DNA of 63,836 nucleotides, counting the filler, from Octopus bimaculoides (taxonomy: Eukaryota), in NCBI RefSeq assembly GCF_001194135.2. It is 4 parts of 3 records of this genome, joined end to end, with 100 filler letters (N's around TTAATTAATTAA, not from the genome) between each part and the next. Parts side by side here need not be neighbours in the genome. Positions count along the whole stretch, not along the records: positions 27,044 to 58,048 come from NC_068982.1; 3 more parts are not named here. The stretch is one strand, 5' to 3'. Shown one piece after another: positions 36,292-49,012 of this stretch; positions within the stretch are counted from its first letter, which is position 1; every line of letters starts with the position of its first letter. Made by a program: the position numbers and the translations under genes. Below the pieces are notes generated by a model. That model was not told where the DNA came from and searched no databases. It worked only from the letters and a program-made list of their open reading frames with translations.

Positions 36292-37211
36292 AACATCGAT
36301 ATCAACTGGTTCTCGCGTTCGAGAATTTAATTTTTTTATCATGGGAAATATCCACAGGAAGAAATTCCGATCGCATGGAATCGTTTACAATGGATCTCAG
36401 TTTGCAAGGGAGCGACCAACACATTATACTTTCAAGACCATTCTCTGCGATGCATGTACGGCGAGGGAAGAAGTATCAAGCAATGAAAGTGCAATGGACT
36501 GCAATTGACCACAGTTTGCACCTACTTAGCCAGTCTGTTTGATGTTAACTGCCTCTGCCAGTTTAAACGTGATTCAATTCAAACATTGCTGTTACCTGTC
36601 CGGTGAGTGAGTTTGTGTGTTTCTGTGTATGTATGTATTTGTGAGTGTGTGTTATTACATATTGGTATGTTAGTATACAAGCGTACGAGTGTGAGCGGTA
36701 GGCTTTGTTTTGGCTAATATATGAGGTTGAGTTTCTGAGCAAATTTGATGGTGCGTGTGTGTATATGTGCGTCTGTGTGTGCTTGTATGTGTCTGTCAGT
36801 GTGTGCACATGTATTGGGGTATGGTTCATCTAGCTCCATTGTGTTAATCTGTATGAGGAAACTTCCTTGTGTGCATCTCAATGAATGTGTGGAGGTGTAT
36901 ATTGATTCGTTGATATGTACGTGCATATGTACCGGTGAATATGTATGTGCATGTGTGTGTGTGTATGTTCGTGCATGTATGTACATGTATGTGTGTACAT
37001 GTGTGTATGCTCATGTGTTTATGTTTATGTGTGTATGTTCATATGTTTATTCTCGTGTATGTGTGTGTGTGTATGTGTGTGTGTGTCTGTGTGTGTGTGT
37101 GTGTGTTTGCAAGTTTGGGAATAAAGTGGGCTTACCTTCTTATATCGAACGCATGCGTTATGTTTTGTGTGTGTGTATGTGTGCGCATATGTATGTGTTT
37201 CTGTAGCTGCG

Positions 37212-37249
<38 letters not shown>

Positions 37250-37409
37250 CACGCTTTTATATTGTATGTGTGCGTTTGTAAAGGTGTATGGTTTATTGTA
37301 TTAGCTAACGTGTGTGAGCGTCCGAACTTATTTCCAATGCTGTTGCTCCTGAGATTATTGACGGAAAGCTTCTAAAGGCTGTGATGCATGTGTGTGTGTG
37401 TGTGTGTGT

Positions 37410-38510
37410 GTGGAAGAATACCATACAAAGAAAGTTGCATCTAGTCTCAAACAAATTCCGCTTTCTAGAAAAAGTGTTCAACGCTTTAGTTCAAGTAAAT
37501 ACATTTGTTCAAGTTATCTACGTTTTGTACACATGAACAATCTCGGAGAGGAGATGCTATTCATGAAAAGTTAAACACATCATCTTCGATAAAGTGATAG
37601 GTAGGCTAGAAGATAAACAAATCTCAATAAAAACGTGATTCAAATTAGTTTAGATGATACTGGTACAGTGAAAAAATTTATAAAAAGAATGAGGAAAAAA
37701 ATTGTGCCTCATATTTTACATATGTATTGCAGTATTCATTGCAGTAAAACACTTAGATGATAGCACGGAGAGTGTTTTTCCGTTACAGCTTAAACTATAA
37801 CTAGTGCTTTGAATGACAACAATTTAAGTAATTTTGTGGCTATGGAAAATATAAGACTGTGATTATCCTTAAGGAAACATTAATCAAATTTTTACTATTC
37901 AAGACTTCTCTGAATGGACCAAATGCAATTAAAAAAACACGACTGCCAACTTAATTGTTGAACAAATGATATATTGTGTGATCCAAATTAAAGCCGCTTT
38001 TCTGTAACTCAAGTGATATGACTATGTCAATCAACGAATTAAATCTAAGGACAAAAAATGGATCTTGTGAAAGTTATCACAAATTAAAGGTCTCAGGAAA
38101 ACTCACCTTATTTGTAGAATCAATTTCCAAAACAGCTTGCTGTTTTCAAAAAGTTTGCAAACAGCAACCCAACAGCGAACTATATCCAAAACTGGCTAGA
38201 GCATACGAACGGAGTATATAAATATTTTGTAAGCAAATTTAAGGATATTACGAAAACGAAAAAAACACCCCTTAATTGTTAATCAACTACCGTGTCAGAG
38301 AAAACGGCTGACAAATAATTAGAAAATTTGTAAATGGGTAAATTGTAGAAATGTTCAATCTAATTGAATCAGTCATTATTTTTTCCGACTATATGACACG
38401 TGAAAGCAGGGTATTCTGTTATCAGTGTTGTATTAAATCAAAAGAGAAGCAGACTGAACCTTACTGAGCGTGGCACAATACAACTGAAAATGAATCATTC
38501 TTTGAACATT
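37410..38510 (+). mobile_element. Decayed hAT (Charlie/Buster-like) transposase
   Basis: LKQIPLSRKSVQR, YLRFVHMNNLGEEMLFMK, HILHMYCSIH, and C-terminal VLNQKRSRLNLTERGTIQLK. Confidence 0.7.
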
Positions 38511-39694
38511 GATTATGATACATAAAAGTATATTGGAGATCTTGGCAGAGAAAGGCTGTAAATCACTGCTTTAGATGTATCTAAAGCGCTCATCTGGACT
38601 TCGTTTTCAGAACCTGAAAAGGCACAAGTAAATTTAGAGTTAATGTCTATAAATTTATACAATTACCACACACAAACATTTTAATTGCATTCAAAGATCA
38701 CCTGACCGATACTCTCATTCTACTTTCTTCAAATAAGAATGACGGAGTTCGTGTATGTAGTCTGAAAAAGAAATGAGATGTCTCAGCTGGGATGCCATGA
38801 TCGTAGGGCTGACCAACAGAAATCAATTCTTCACTCCCCTGTTTGACTCTACTGATTCTATTAATGTGCAATTAGCCCAACAAAGGATGTTCGTTACGAA
38901 ACAGTTTCGACTGTATTGAACAATGACAATTAACAATACACACCCTATTATGTTTCTATTTCATTCATCTGGTATTGACTTTGATACGATCATCAGATTC
39001 TTTTCTAAGTACATATCAAATGTTCTAAATCTTGAATGACTCTACATATGACCATTATCCCATTTCTTCAACACGATTCTCATTTTAGACACTGAACATT
39101 TCAGCTGTTCAATACGATAAGGGCTTAAATGCAAGTAACACAAGAATATATATGCATATTCCCCACTCTTCCTTTTTCTTTTTGTATACACACAATACGC
39201 ATGCGTATATGTGTGTGCGTGCGTATGTGGTCCTGACAAAGCCTAGGACATCGATATTCTAGGCTGTGAACACATAGTCTATACGTACTTTACTCTACCT
39301 CACTATTGATTATTCGTTTGTTTGTTTGTTTGTTTTTTGTCTCATGTACATAATTCTTTTAGATTATATTATGCTATATTGTATTATATTTAGTGTGATA
39401 AGTTCTAACGCACGAAGCTCTTGGCCCTTGAGTCAGTCAGTTGCTTCTGCTAAATACTGATTATATACATACATATATATATACCTCTCTATTTTCTCAA
39501 CTTATTATCATAATAAATAAATATATATAAACCACGGTTTATATAGTTACCTTGCAGTTGAGTATTAAATATAATGTTCAATATTCTTTGTATAGGTAAG
39601 TAACTAGTACTTTCATAGGATTTTATTATCCCTGAATAGGTTTGTAACCTATAATTGTGCTTATGTTTGTAACCTTTAATTGTAACCTTTAATT

Positions 39695-39744
<50 letters not shown>

Positions 39745-39831
39745 AATTCAAATAAATGAGTAAAATTGACGGACAACAAGAGGACGTGCACAAGAAATGT
39801 ATTAAACTTGACGCTCGGTGAAAAGAGAGAG

Positions 39832-39864
39832 ATTGACGTTTCGAGCATAGCTCTTCGTCGGAAA
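39832..39864 (-). ncRNA. Minimal hammerhead-like motif, U4 replaced by C, GUC site, weak stem I
   Basis: TTT-CCGACGA-A-GAGC-TAT-GCTC-GAAAC-GTC-AAT. Confidence 0.5.
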
Positions 39865-39924
39865 GGAGAAAGGGAGAAGTCCAAAGAAAGAAAAGAAATC
39901 AGCAACAGCATGCATGTAATTTAC

Positions 39925-39959
<35 letters not shown>

Positions 39960-39984
39960 NNNNNNNNNNNNNNNNNNNNNNNNN

Positions 39985-40021
<37 letters not shown>

Positions 40022-40299
40022 TTGCAGTATTCATTAGAATCTAGGTATATCAGCATGTAGGACGCCACGAATGGTTGGGGACTTAGTATCGAACTCTCAG
40101 TACTTTAAAGTAATTATTAGTTGTATGTTAGTAGTATAATGTACGTATGTATATGTACACGCACATATGTAGCTATATATACACATAGAATATAGATATA
40201 TACATAGGTGCCAAATCTAATATAAACTGTAGATCCAACCCAGGGTCGGTTCCAAGTGTAGCGTATTTATAAAAGAACACAAGCGGGGTTCAAAACTCA

Positions 40300-40361
40300 A
40301 AAGAGCTGTTTCGGCAACATAGATGCATTCTTAGGAAAAAATATGCCATCATCAGGTAATT
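40300..40361 (-). ncRNA. Hammerhead-like motif, intact CTGATGA/GAAA, degenerate stems I and III
   Basis: AATTAC-CTGATGA-T-GGCA...TGCC-GAAAC-AGCT-CTT. Confidence 0.4.
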
Positions 40362-40450
40362 TTTTTAAAACACATAAATAGACAAGATAGCCACAGAAAA
40401 TGACCAATTCACTGTCTACTATAGTGAAACAAGTCGTGTTTATGTTAAAA

Positions 40451-40525
40451 ATTGACCTAATGATAGCGGATTTGTTTGCTATGATGTAATCTAAAATAAA
40501 ATTATGCTGAAACAGCTCTTGTGAG
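40451..40525 (+). ncRNA. Divergently oriented partner hammerhead-like motif (G5 mutated)
   Basis: ATTGAC-CTAATGA-T-AGC...GCT-GAAAC-AGCT-CTT-GTGAG. Confidence 0.35.
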
Positions 40526-42143
40526 TTTTTAGGACCACTTGTGTCATATATATATATATATATATATANNNNNNNNNNNNNNNNNNNNNNNNNNNNNNNN
40601 NNNNNNNNNNNNNNNNNNNNNNNNNNNNNNNNNNNNNNNNNNNNNNNNNNNNNNNNNNNNNNNNNNNNNNNNNNNNNNNNNNNNNNNNNNNNNNNNNNNN
40701 NNNNNNNNNNNNNNNNNNNNNNNNNNNNNNNNNNNNNNNNNNNNNNNNNNNNNNNNNNNNNNNNNNNNNNNNNNNNNNNNNNNNNNNNNNNNNNNNNNNN
40801 NNNNNNNNNNNNNNNNNNNNNNNNNNNNNNNNNNNNNNNNNNNNNNNNNNNNNNNNNNNNNNNNNNNNNNNNNNNNNNNNNNNNNNNNNNNNNNNNNNNN
40901 NNNNNNNNNNNNNNNNNNNNNNNNNNNNNNNNNNNNNNNNNNNNNNNNNNNNNNNNNNNNNNNNNNNNNNNNNNNNNNNNNNNNNNNNNNNNNNNNNNNN
41001 NNNNNNNNNNNNNNNNNNNNNNNNNNNNNNNNNNNNNNNNNNNNNNNNNNNNNNNNNNNNNNNNNNNNNNNNNNNNNNNNNNNNNNNNNNNNNNNNNNNN
41101 NNNNNNNNNNNNNNNNNNNNNNNNNNNNNNNNNNNNNNNNNNNNNNNNNNNNNNNNNNNNNNNNNNNNNNNNNNNNNNNNNNNNNNNNNNNNNNNNNNNN
41201 NNNNNNNNNNNNNNNNNNNNNNNNNNNNNNNNNNNNNNNNNNNNNNNNNNNNNNNNNNNNNNNNNNNNNNNNNNNNNNNNNNNNNNNNNNNNNNNNNNNN
41301 NNNNNNNNNNNNNNNNNNNNNNNNNNNNNNNNNNNNNNNNNNNNNNNNNNNNNNNNNNNNNNNNNNNNNNNNNNNNNNNNNNNNNNNNNNNNNNNNNNNN
41401 NNNNNNNNNNNNNNNNNNNNNNNNNNNNNNNNNNNNNNNNNNNNNNNNNNNNNNNNNNNNNNNNNNNNNNNNNNNNNNNNNNNNNNNNNNNNNNNNNNNN
41501 NNNNNNNNNNNNNNNNNNNNNNNNNNNNNNNNNNNGTTAAAGCATTACGGTCGATAGATTGGCGTAATTATTAGAGTTAGATATGAACCCATGCTGTATT
41601 GTTTCCAACTTTTGGTATCACCAGTTCAAATCCCACCTCAAGTAAGTGATTTTTTCTCGTAGTGGGAAAGTGGGACCTTTGTGAACAGCTAATAGTGATA
41701 GGCTCCTAATATTAGATGAAGTGACGCATTGACTGGATTAACTTAGTAATATCAATATGCATGAAAGAGATCACTGCACTAAAATTTGGGATAAACGCTA
41801 GGTCAGAATGTGCGTGTGTATGTGTGTTGTGTGTGTGTATGTTGTGTGTGAGTGTGTTGCGTACGAGTGTATTGTGTGTGTGTATGTATGTATAACTTTT
41901 GCGTGGGTATGTATATATCGAGAGAGAAGGGAAGATAGAGAGAAAGAAAGAAGAGTGCGTGTACATTTACCTCATTTGATTGTGGCTGTTCACACGGTTT
42001 TTCTTGTTCTTTTCGTACAATAACCTTTTGAAAACTTTGATATTGTTCATCAATCAATCAATTGATAAGCAAAATGCTCCATATATATGTGTGTGTGTAT
42101 ATGCTAATGTTTGCATCATCTGCATTCTCTGTCTGTCTCTCTG

Positions 42144-42277
<134 letters not shown>

Positions 42278-43469
42278 TGCTTGCTAGTTCATACATTACT
42301 GTAATTCTTGAATAGCACCTAAAACTCAATATAGTCAATATATTGCAATGATTTCTCCCACCTATTAAGAATCTGTAACAATAGAGACTCGATGGACTAG
42401 ACTTGTATCCACTAAACCGGAAATTTTTAAACGGTGTTCTCTAAATTACTATTGCTGCTGATTACATTAAGTGCACCAAGATATAAACAGAGTCAACCAT
42501 TCCTGAATGAGAGCCAGTTTCGCTCCTCCTACACACAACTATTTTGTTGTTAGGTAGGCTTTGATATTCTCAGACCAAGGAATGCCTTTTTGCAGCTTGG
42601 AATGCACATGGATATTTTTTATGTATATATGTACACATAACGCACACTTCCTTGGTATTCTGCTAATTAACGTGTATTAAGTTCGTTTTATTTTTTGTTT
42701 TTGCTTTTTGCTTTTGTCTGGATAATTTATTCTTCCTATTTGACTGTGTCAGGTTAGCTATATCCCAATACAGATAAAACATTTTATTTTATGTATGTAT
42801 AAATACCAAGATTTTGGGCGGACATTATAGCTATATCTTTCTTCTATGTGATTGTTAAATACTTAGGATGAAGGAAAGAAACAGAAGCTCATTATAACAT
42901 GTCATAAAAACGTTATAATATTCAGTCATATTGTTTTTCTTTCACTGTTGATGATAAATGATCATCTCACTTTTCAGAATCATCCTGGTAACAACTGCAA
43001 TTATAACAATGCCTGAGATTGTGAATAAAATTCTTGAGTTTAAATCTGCCAAGGATAACATGATCTTTCATATATATGCTGTCGGTGAAGTATAGAGGAC
43101 AGTAATCTTGGGGTGGGGTAGGATAAAGGAGTTCAGGAAGTTAATAATGTTAAGTCGAAGAATTCGTTTAGCTCGAAATATCTGTTCATTTTAACCTCAT
43201 CTTTCCTGTTCGTTTTCTCATTTTGAAAGGAAAACCACAATCTTTTACAGTAAGAATTCTTTGTTTGTTATTCTCGAGTTACAAGTGAACTCAGGAACCT
43301 TTACGTGACGCAGAGTTAAATCACCAGCCCAACAACAAAAATATTAAAGCATATACTTAAAAGTCATTCGTTTAAACTATATGATGTGTATTTTACTGGT
43401 AAATAATGTGATGAAAACTCACCACCAGACTAGAAAGCATGTCGAGGGCGTACGGAATTGAGTTCCAGT

Positions 43470-43940
43470 CAGAAAAATACAAGGTTCTGATAAATAGACA
43501 CATCAAGAATGCAGCAAACTGCATTATGGTAAATGGACAAAAATTTGAAGTGGCCAATTTAGTTGCCTCGGATCCACTTTGAACATTAATGACAGCTGAA
43601 TAAAGGTGTTACATACAAGGTATGGCCTAACTCTGTCTGCCATAACGAAGCTGAATGTCATGTGAAAAAGCAGTTCCATTATTTTTTCCTCGAAACTTAA
43701 ACTGTACAAGTCCCTGGTAACTCCGGTCTTTCTCTCCAGTTACTAAAGTTTGACACAGAATGTAGAATCCGGGTATTCGAGCACTCGCTATCCAAACGCC
43801 ATTTTTCAAAACACAGCTGCGGGAGAGCTGAAGAAAAGGCAAACAAATGCTGTCTTGGTCTGACAGCATTGTCAAGGAGTGGCCAGGTATCAACACCTCA
43901 GCATTTTTCTGTATGATAGAGAACAGAGATCAGGAACAAT
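43470..43940 (+). mobile_element. Decayed RTE LINE RT C-terminal fragment
   Basis: IMVNGQKFEV, LGSTL, FSSKLKLYKSLVTPV read across frameshifts. Confidence 0.7.
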
Positions 43941-46039
43941 TTTTGACCGCCAGAGCATTTAGAGTGGCACTCCAGTTTATGTTTATGAACAAAGATATAT
44001 TCTTTGTATAAACAAATATCTCTAGAAGTATGGTGTAAGATTATATGATACACGTTGTTATGTAGCTCGGCGTGTGGACTGCAAATTTGCCGTTGTTATT
44101 GTTGTATAATGCCGAACTGAACCTAACCGACATGTGATCTAAGTTTTTTGCTGCTATTTCTACACTTAGCAAAAATTTCAATCTTTAAAAGTACGTAATT
44201 TTTTTTATAATTAAGTTCTTCAAAAACTGAAAATCATTATTATAAACAGCATGTAAAAACTATTTTTTTGTAGAACTTTTCAAACTATCGTGTTTTATGC
44301 TGCAAAAATGAAAAGATCCCCAGTTCCATCCTTGTCTATGTTTTCCTATGAAATACTGATCTGAAGCTATTCAAGACTGACATCAGACTGACACCAGAAT
44401 TCTAACAGAATCATTACAAAATACCCTGGTCTCTGCAATCTTTTGACAAGACTTACTTTTACTCTGACTGCACACAGATTTTACACTTTAATATATTTTC
44501 AGAGAAGACATAACTTTATAAAAACGATTTCTAAAATTTTGATATTCGTCTTTAATGTCTCTTTTTGTTTTGCTGTTTGAGTAAATATATAAATGTACAT
44601 TGGTATTTAAGCTCAAGGTGGGTGGGTGTCTTTCAAAAGATTTAGCGCTCAAATAACTGAACTGTTCTCATAAATACTCATATCTAAACTAGTTTGTTAT
44701 GCCCATCGCCAATGGACTCATTTATTTGCTTATTTCTCCCTGTAATTTAATGAAAAAAATTTTGTTGCTACAAATGGGCAGAATTATTTTCTTCTATTAT
44801 TTTCATTGTACTTTACTTTTGGTAAGCAGCTTTTAATGCACAAACTAATTTTTATTGATATTTTATTCGATACATAGTTTTGTATGTTGCTTACTGGTTT
44901 TCAGAAAGCGTGAAATTAAATAATTGTTATGAAGAATAGAATAACTCTGCATTCGAATGAAAAGAATCTTATTGGCTGCGTGTGCACCGTTTCATTTGAA
45001 GCTGAATGAATGTATTTATCAAGTATAATTGCTGTTATTTAAGAATAAATACTATAATGACTGTTATTGCCGTTCTGCGATATGCCTCCAACTGATTCAT
45101 ATTATGATTATTACTGTTTGTAAATGCTTTCTTCTTTAACAGTTTATGTTCTAAAAGAAGTGACTGGTCGAAATAGTTTATCGTTTAATCAGCGCTTGTC
45201 ATTCAAAGTCTCCGAGACAGGTTCGAATGGTTTCGATATAGTGTACTCTTCTAAAAGTAGTCATGGGCTAGGTAGTACGAGTAGTTGCGTTAAACTATCT
45301 TTTCGGCAGGCTTCCACGCAGTTTCCATCAACTAATTTTCACTGACAACGCTTAAATTAACTCGAGGCTATGTCTGTGCTACGCAGTGGGATCAAAACCA
45401 ACACTGGCTTAATTGCGAAGGTAATTTATTTATAAATAGAAAAAAAAGCGAGTGACTGGTAGAACACTGGACTAAATGACTTTCAGTAATTACGTTTACC
45501 ACTAAACATACAAGGTTTAAATCCTGCTCGTATCGACTTTGCCCTTCAGTATAACTGGATCGAGATAATACGCGCCAGAAACACACTGAGAATGATTCAA
45601 TAAATTATATTCTCTACACAAATGTGCGCCTCTCTACCAATATAAAAGGCATTGTTTATATTCAGCACATTGTAACTCTATTAGTAAAATGTTGAACTAG
45701 ATAATTTACCTCAAAGAGATTAAGGCCGTGCTGGTCTCAATCAAAATGTTGACTCAGTTAAATTTCTCTTTCATCTATTCGAGGTCAATAAAAAGAAAAA
45801 TAGTATAAACTGTAATCAATTCAATCAACCCACCTCTTTTCTACAAAGAATTGGCATGCATCGAGTCAAGGAAATCAATACTATGGACTTTTGTTATTTA
45901 CAATTTAATTTTTGAAAATATATTTTATCCTTTGTTCATACATGCATATACATACATACATACATATATATATATATATATGAAGGAGAGTAAAAATAGG
46001 TCAAAAAATAAGAAGTGCATTGCGTTACGTGAATAATAT

Positions 46040-46640
46040 TTTCAGAACTCTATGTCAAGATCATAGCGTCGAAGCTCCTTCGCAACAAGAACAGTCCTTC
46101 GTTCAGGACATTCTGAGGATTCGCGGTCAAACAGTGTCCGTACATTCCAACACCCAATATTCAATATTTTATTCGGTTCTATAACAGTAGCACGATAACG
46201 GCCGGGTTCAGACTGTGATGCTCTGGAGCACCTGCCGGGCCAGACTCTTTCATCTGATGTAGTTCCAGAGTCCTTACTGCCGTTTATTTTTATACTGTTT
46301 TGGTACATCATTGATTGTTTGCTTTTTAAGGCTACAGCCAGCCATTCAGTTGAGACTCACAGTACTATCAACAATCATCAAGTAATTAATTAATTAATCA
46401 ATCAATGAATCAATGTTGTTATCGTGCAGTGCCTGTGCAAGAAGATTTTTTTAAGTGAGAAAAGGCTGTGCACTGAGTCAATCCCACTCACTAAGCATCA
46501 AAAGGCATAACCCGAAAGAAGAACAAGTCAACATCATCGGTAACCGCTGAGCCGCAGGTTTTATGTCGGAGTCATCCCAGTTATCTGAGTTGCCTTCTCC
46601 TAAAAGGATGCCTTAGCAAGAGCTAGGGATCCTTCACTCC
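46040..46640 (-). mobile_element. RTE (BovB-like) 5' UTR and endonuclease N-terminus
   Basis: LNIGCWNVRTLFDRESSECPERRTVLVAKELRRYDLDI; upstream TAGGAGAAGGCAACTC resembles RTE 5' UTRs. Confidence 0.85.
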
Positions 46641-47026
46641 CGATAGTTTAACCGCGAGATCGGGTATTCAGTCCGATTATTTCTATGTCCCCGCGCAAGA
46701 TACAGCCATAAGCTGGATAAAATAGATATAAAAAAAACACGTACGATATATAAAAAATATTGATATACAATATATACATAAAATATACGATATGGAATAT
46801 ATAGAAATATATATAATGAGCAAACTATAAAAAAATATACAATATATAAAATTAGTGAATAAAAAGGGGGATAATTACACACATATTGGATGGCCGTTGA
46901 CTCTCAAGAGTTCCTCTGCCCTTTGACGGGTTTTGTTTTTCATCACGCAGTGTGTCCAATATACACCTTCCTCACCAAGCAAGCTTTATACCTTTCTTTC
47001 CCCTCTATCCCCTCTATTTCTATCTC

Positions 47027-47063
<37 letters not shown>

Positions 47064-47894
47064 ATCTGTCAATCTATCGATCTGTCTATTTATCTCCTTC
47101 TCTCTCTCCCTCCCTCTCTTTCTCTATCTATCAATCTATCGATCTATCTGTTTATCTGTCTATCTTTAACGTTATGCCTTTCTCTTTCTTTCTTTCTTTC
47201 TCTCTCTCTCTCTCTCTCTCTCACTCTCTCTCTCTCTCCCTCTCTCTCTTTTCTCTCCCTCTCCCTCTCTCTCTCTCTCTCACCTTACTCTTTCTTCATC
47301 CGGAGTTTATTTCCCGTCTTGTTTAATTGTCTTGAAACTAGGACAACCTTAGTGATTGTTATATTACCGTTTTCCTTAAAGATACATTTTATTTACTTCT
47401 CTTCAAAATAAAACATTTGAAACAAAACTCCTTTTGCTACGTTAATAGCATTCATTTGATTTATTTAGCATTTTGCTACTTCAAAATACATAAGTCACTT
47501 TTCTATTTCTATATGGGCTTTTTTTTTCTTTTTTGTTGAGGGTTTTATTGCGCTGTTTGTGGCTACTATAAAATAAATAAACGCTAGTAATAAAATCTCG
47601 AGGATTTCGTTACAGTTAGGATTACAGAAGAATCTAGTTTACTATTTTTGTGTTTTTAATGCTATCACTTGAACTAAGAACCAGTTATATATTACATTTT
47701 AAAAAGGAGCCACGCACGACACTCTTGTTGGAGATGCTATACTTGATAGAATTTATTAGTGCTTTCATTCCAAAAGGATGTATATGCTTGAACATCATTG
47801 TTATTAATTAGTACGTCAACAATTAATTAGTATGTCAACAACTAATCATAAAAATAGCTTGATCCGATATGATAACAGTATTCTTTAACTAATC

Positions 47895-48075
47895 AGTCAT
47901 ATTGCATGCCCTTATTTGGCTGCCCTCGTTTTCTTCATAACCTTCCTATTCGCAGCATCGTATTGTTGACTTGTCTCTTGACACATTAGCCTGGTCTCCC
48001 TCAGGGTCTGTCTTAAATCACATAGATCCAAGGTGTCAACAGTGACCCATGGTTTCTTTTTCCTTCTCCCCAACA
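47895..48075 (-). mobile_element. RTE ORF2 internal fragment
   Basis: LGRRKKKPWVTVDTLDLCDLRQTLRE...YDAANRKVMKKTRAAK, the KPW region between endonuclease and RT. Confidence 0.7.
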
Positions 48076-48169
48076 AAGTGATAAAAAATAAGACAATTGT
48101 ATTTGCTAGTTTCTAACAATAACATGCATGTTAATATTAAATTCTAATTAACACAAGTTATTATTACAT

Positions 48170-48320
48170 TAGAAAGAAGGCGGCGATTGGACAGAAGCGT
48201 TAGCACGTGGAGGTTGACTTTGCCTTTCGGGATCGATGAAATAAGTACCAGTTGAGTACTAGGGTTGATAAAATCGACTTGCTCCCTCCAACAAAAATTT
48301 TCAGGCTTTGTACCTACATT
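48170..48320 (+). mobile_element. Internally deleted SINE copy (12791 family)
   Basis: AGGCGGCGATTGGACAGAAGCGTTAGCACG...GACTTTGCCTTTC...AAGTACCAGTTGAG. Confidence 0.7.
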
Positions 48321-48454
48321 AGAAAGGATCTGAAGGGAAGAAATATTGACAAATATTACAGAGTTAGTAATTCTCCCTTTTTTATTTTAATCTATGTGAG
48401 TAAAACAAAGGCAAATATGTTAGGATTTAATTACAGTACTCTATTCTAGAGATC

Positions 48455-49012
48455 ATTTTGAAAACAGAGGCAATCCAACGAAGCTACACGAAGAAGATAG
48501 CCTCTATGCAGCATATAAGCTATTGGGAAAGACTCAAGAGATTAAGACGCTATTCCTTAGAGCGTAGGCGAGAAAGATATGCCATAATATACATCTGGAA
48601 GATCCTCGAAGAAATTGTCCCAAACTTTGGCATCGAAAGTTACACAAATAAAAGAACTGGACGCCATTGCACGGTGCCAAGGACTCCAAATTTGCCATCA
48701 AGATGTAGGACAAGATACTGCAATAGCCTGGGCTTCAGAGGTCCACAGCTCGTCAATATCCTCCCGAAGGACCTGAGAAACCTGCATGGGGTGGATGTAG
48801 GTGTCTTCAAAATAAGGCTGGACCTCTTCCTGCCAAGTGTCCCAGATGAAGCAACTTCGCGGCAGGAAGTGCAGATGAGGGCAGCTGCATCAAACTCTCT
48901 CATGCACCAAATGTCAATTCCTGAAGTAAAATTATGTAGCAACACCAAATGGCGGTGCCCCAGCATGGCTACAGCTCATGAGCTGAAACTAGATTTAAAA
49001 AAATAAAAAAAA
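48455..49012 (+). mobile_element. 5'-truncated CR1/L2-group LINE: ORF2 C-terminus, stem-loop 3' tail and A-rich end
   Basis: EAIQRSYTKKI, YWERLKRLRRYSLERRRERYAIIYIWKI, RGPQLVNILPKDLRN, LDLFLPSVPDE; tail GGCGGTGCCCCAGCATGGCTACAGCTCATGAGCTGAAAC. Confidence 0.88.

Noticed and set aside
39231-39290. CTGACAA-AGCCTAG...CTAGGCT-GTGAAC...GTC hammerhead-like string
   Set aside because: GAAA is broken, G8 is mutated and stem I is out of register; too degenerate to call.
46590-46700. HDV-like ribozyme expected at an RTE 5' end
   Set aside because: Only simple hairpins (CCCGAT/ATCGGG, TAGC/GCTA) were found; no nested double pseudoknot could be built by eye.
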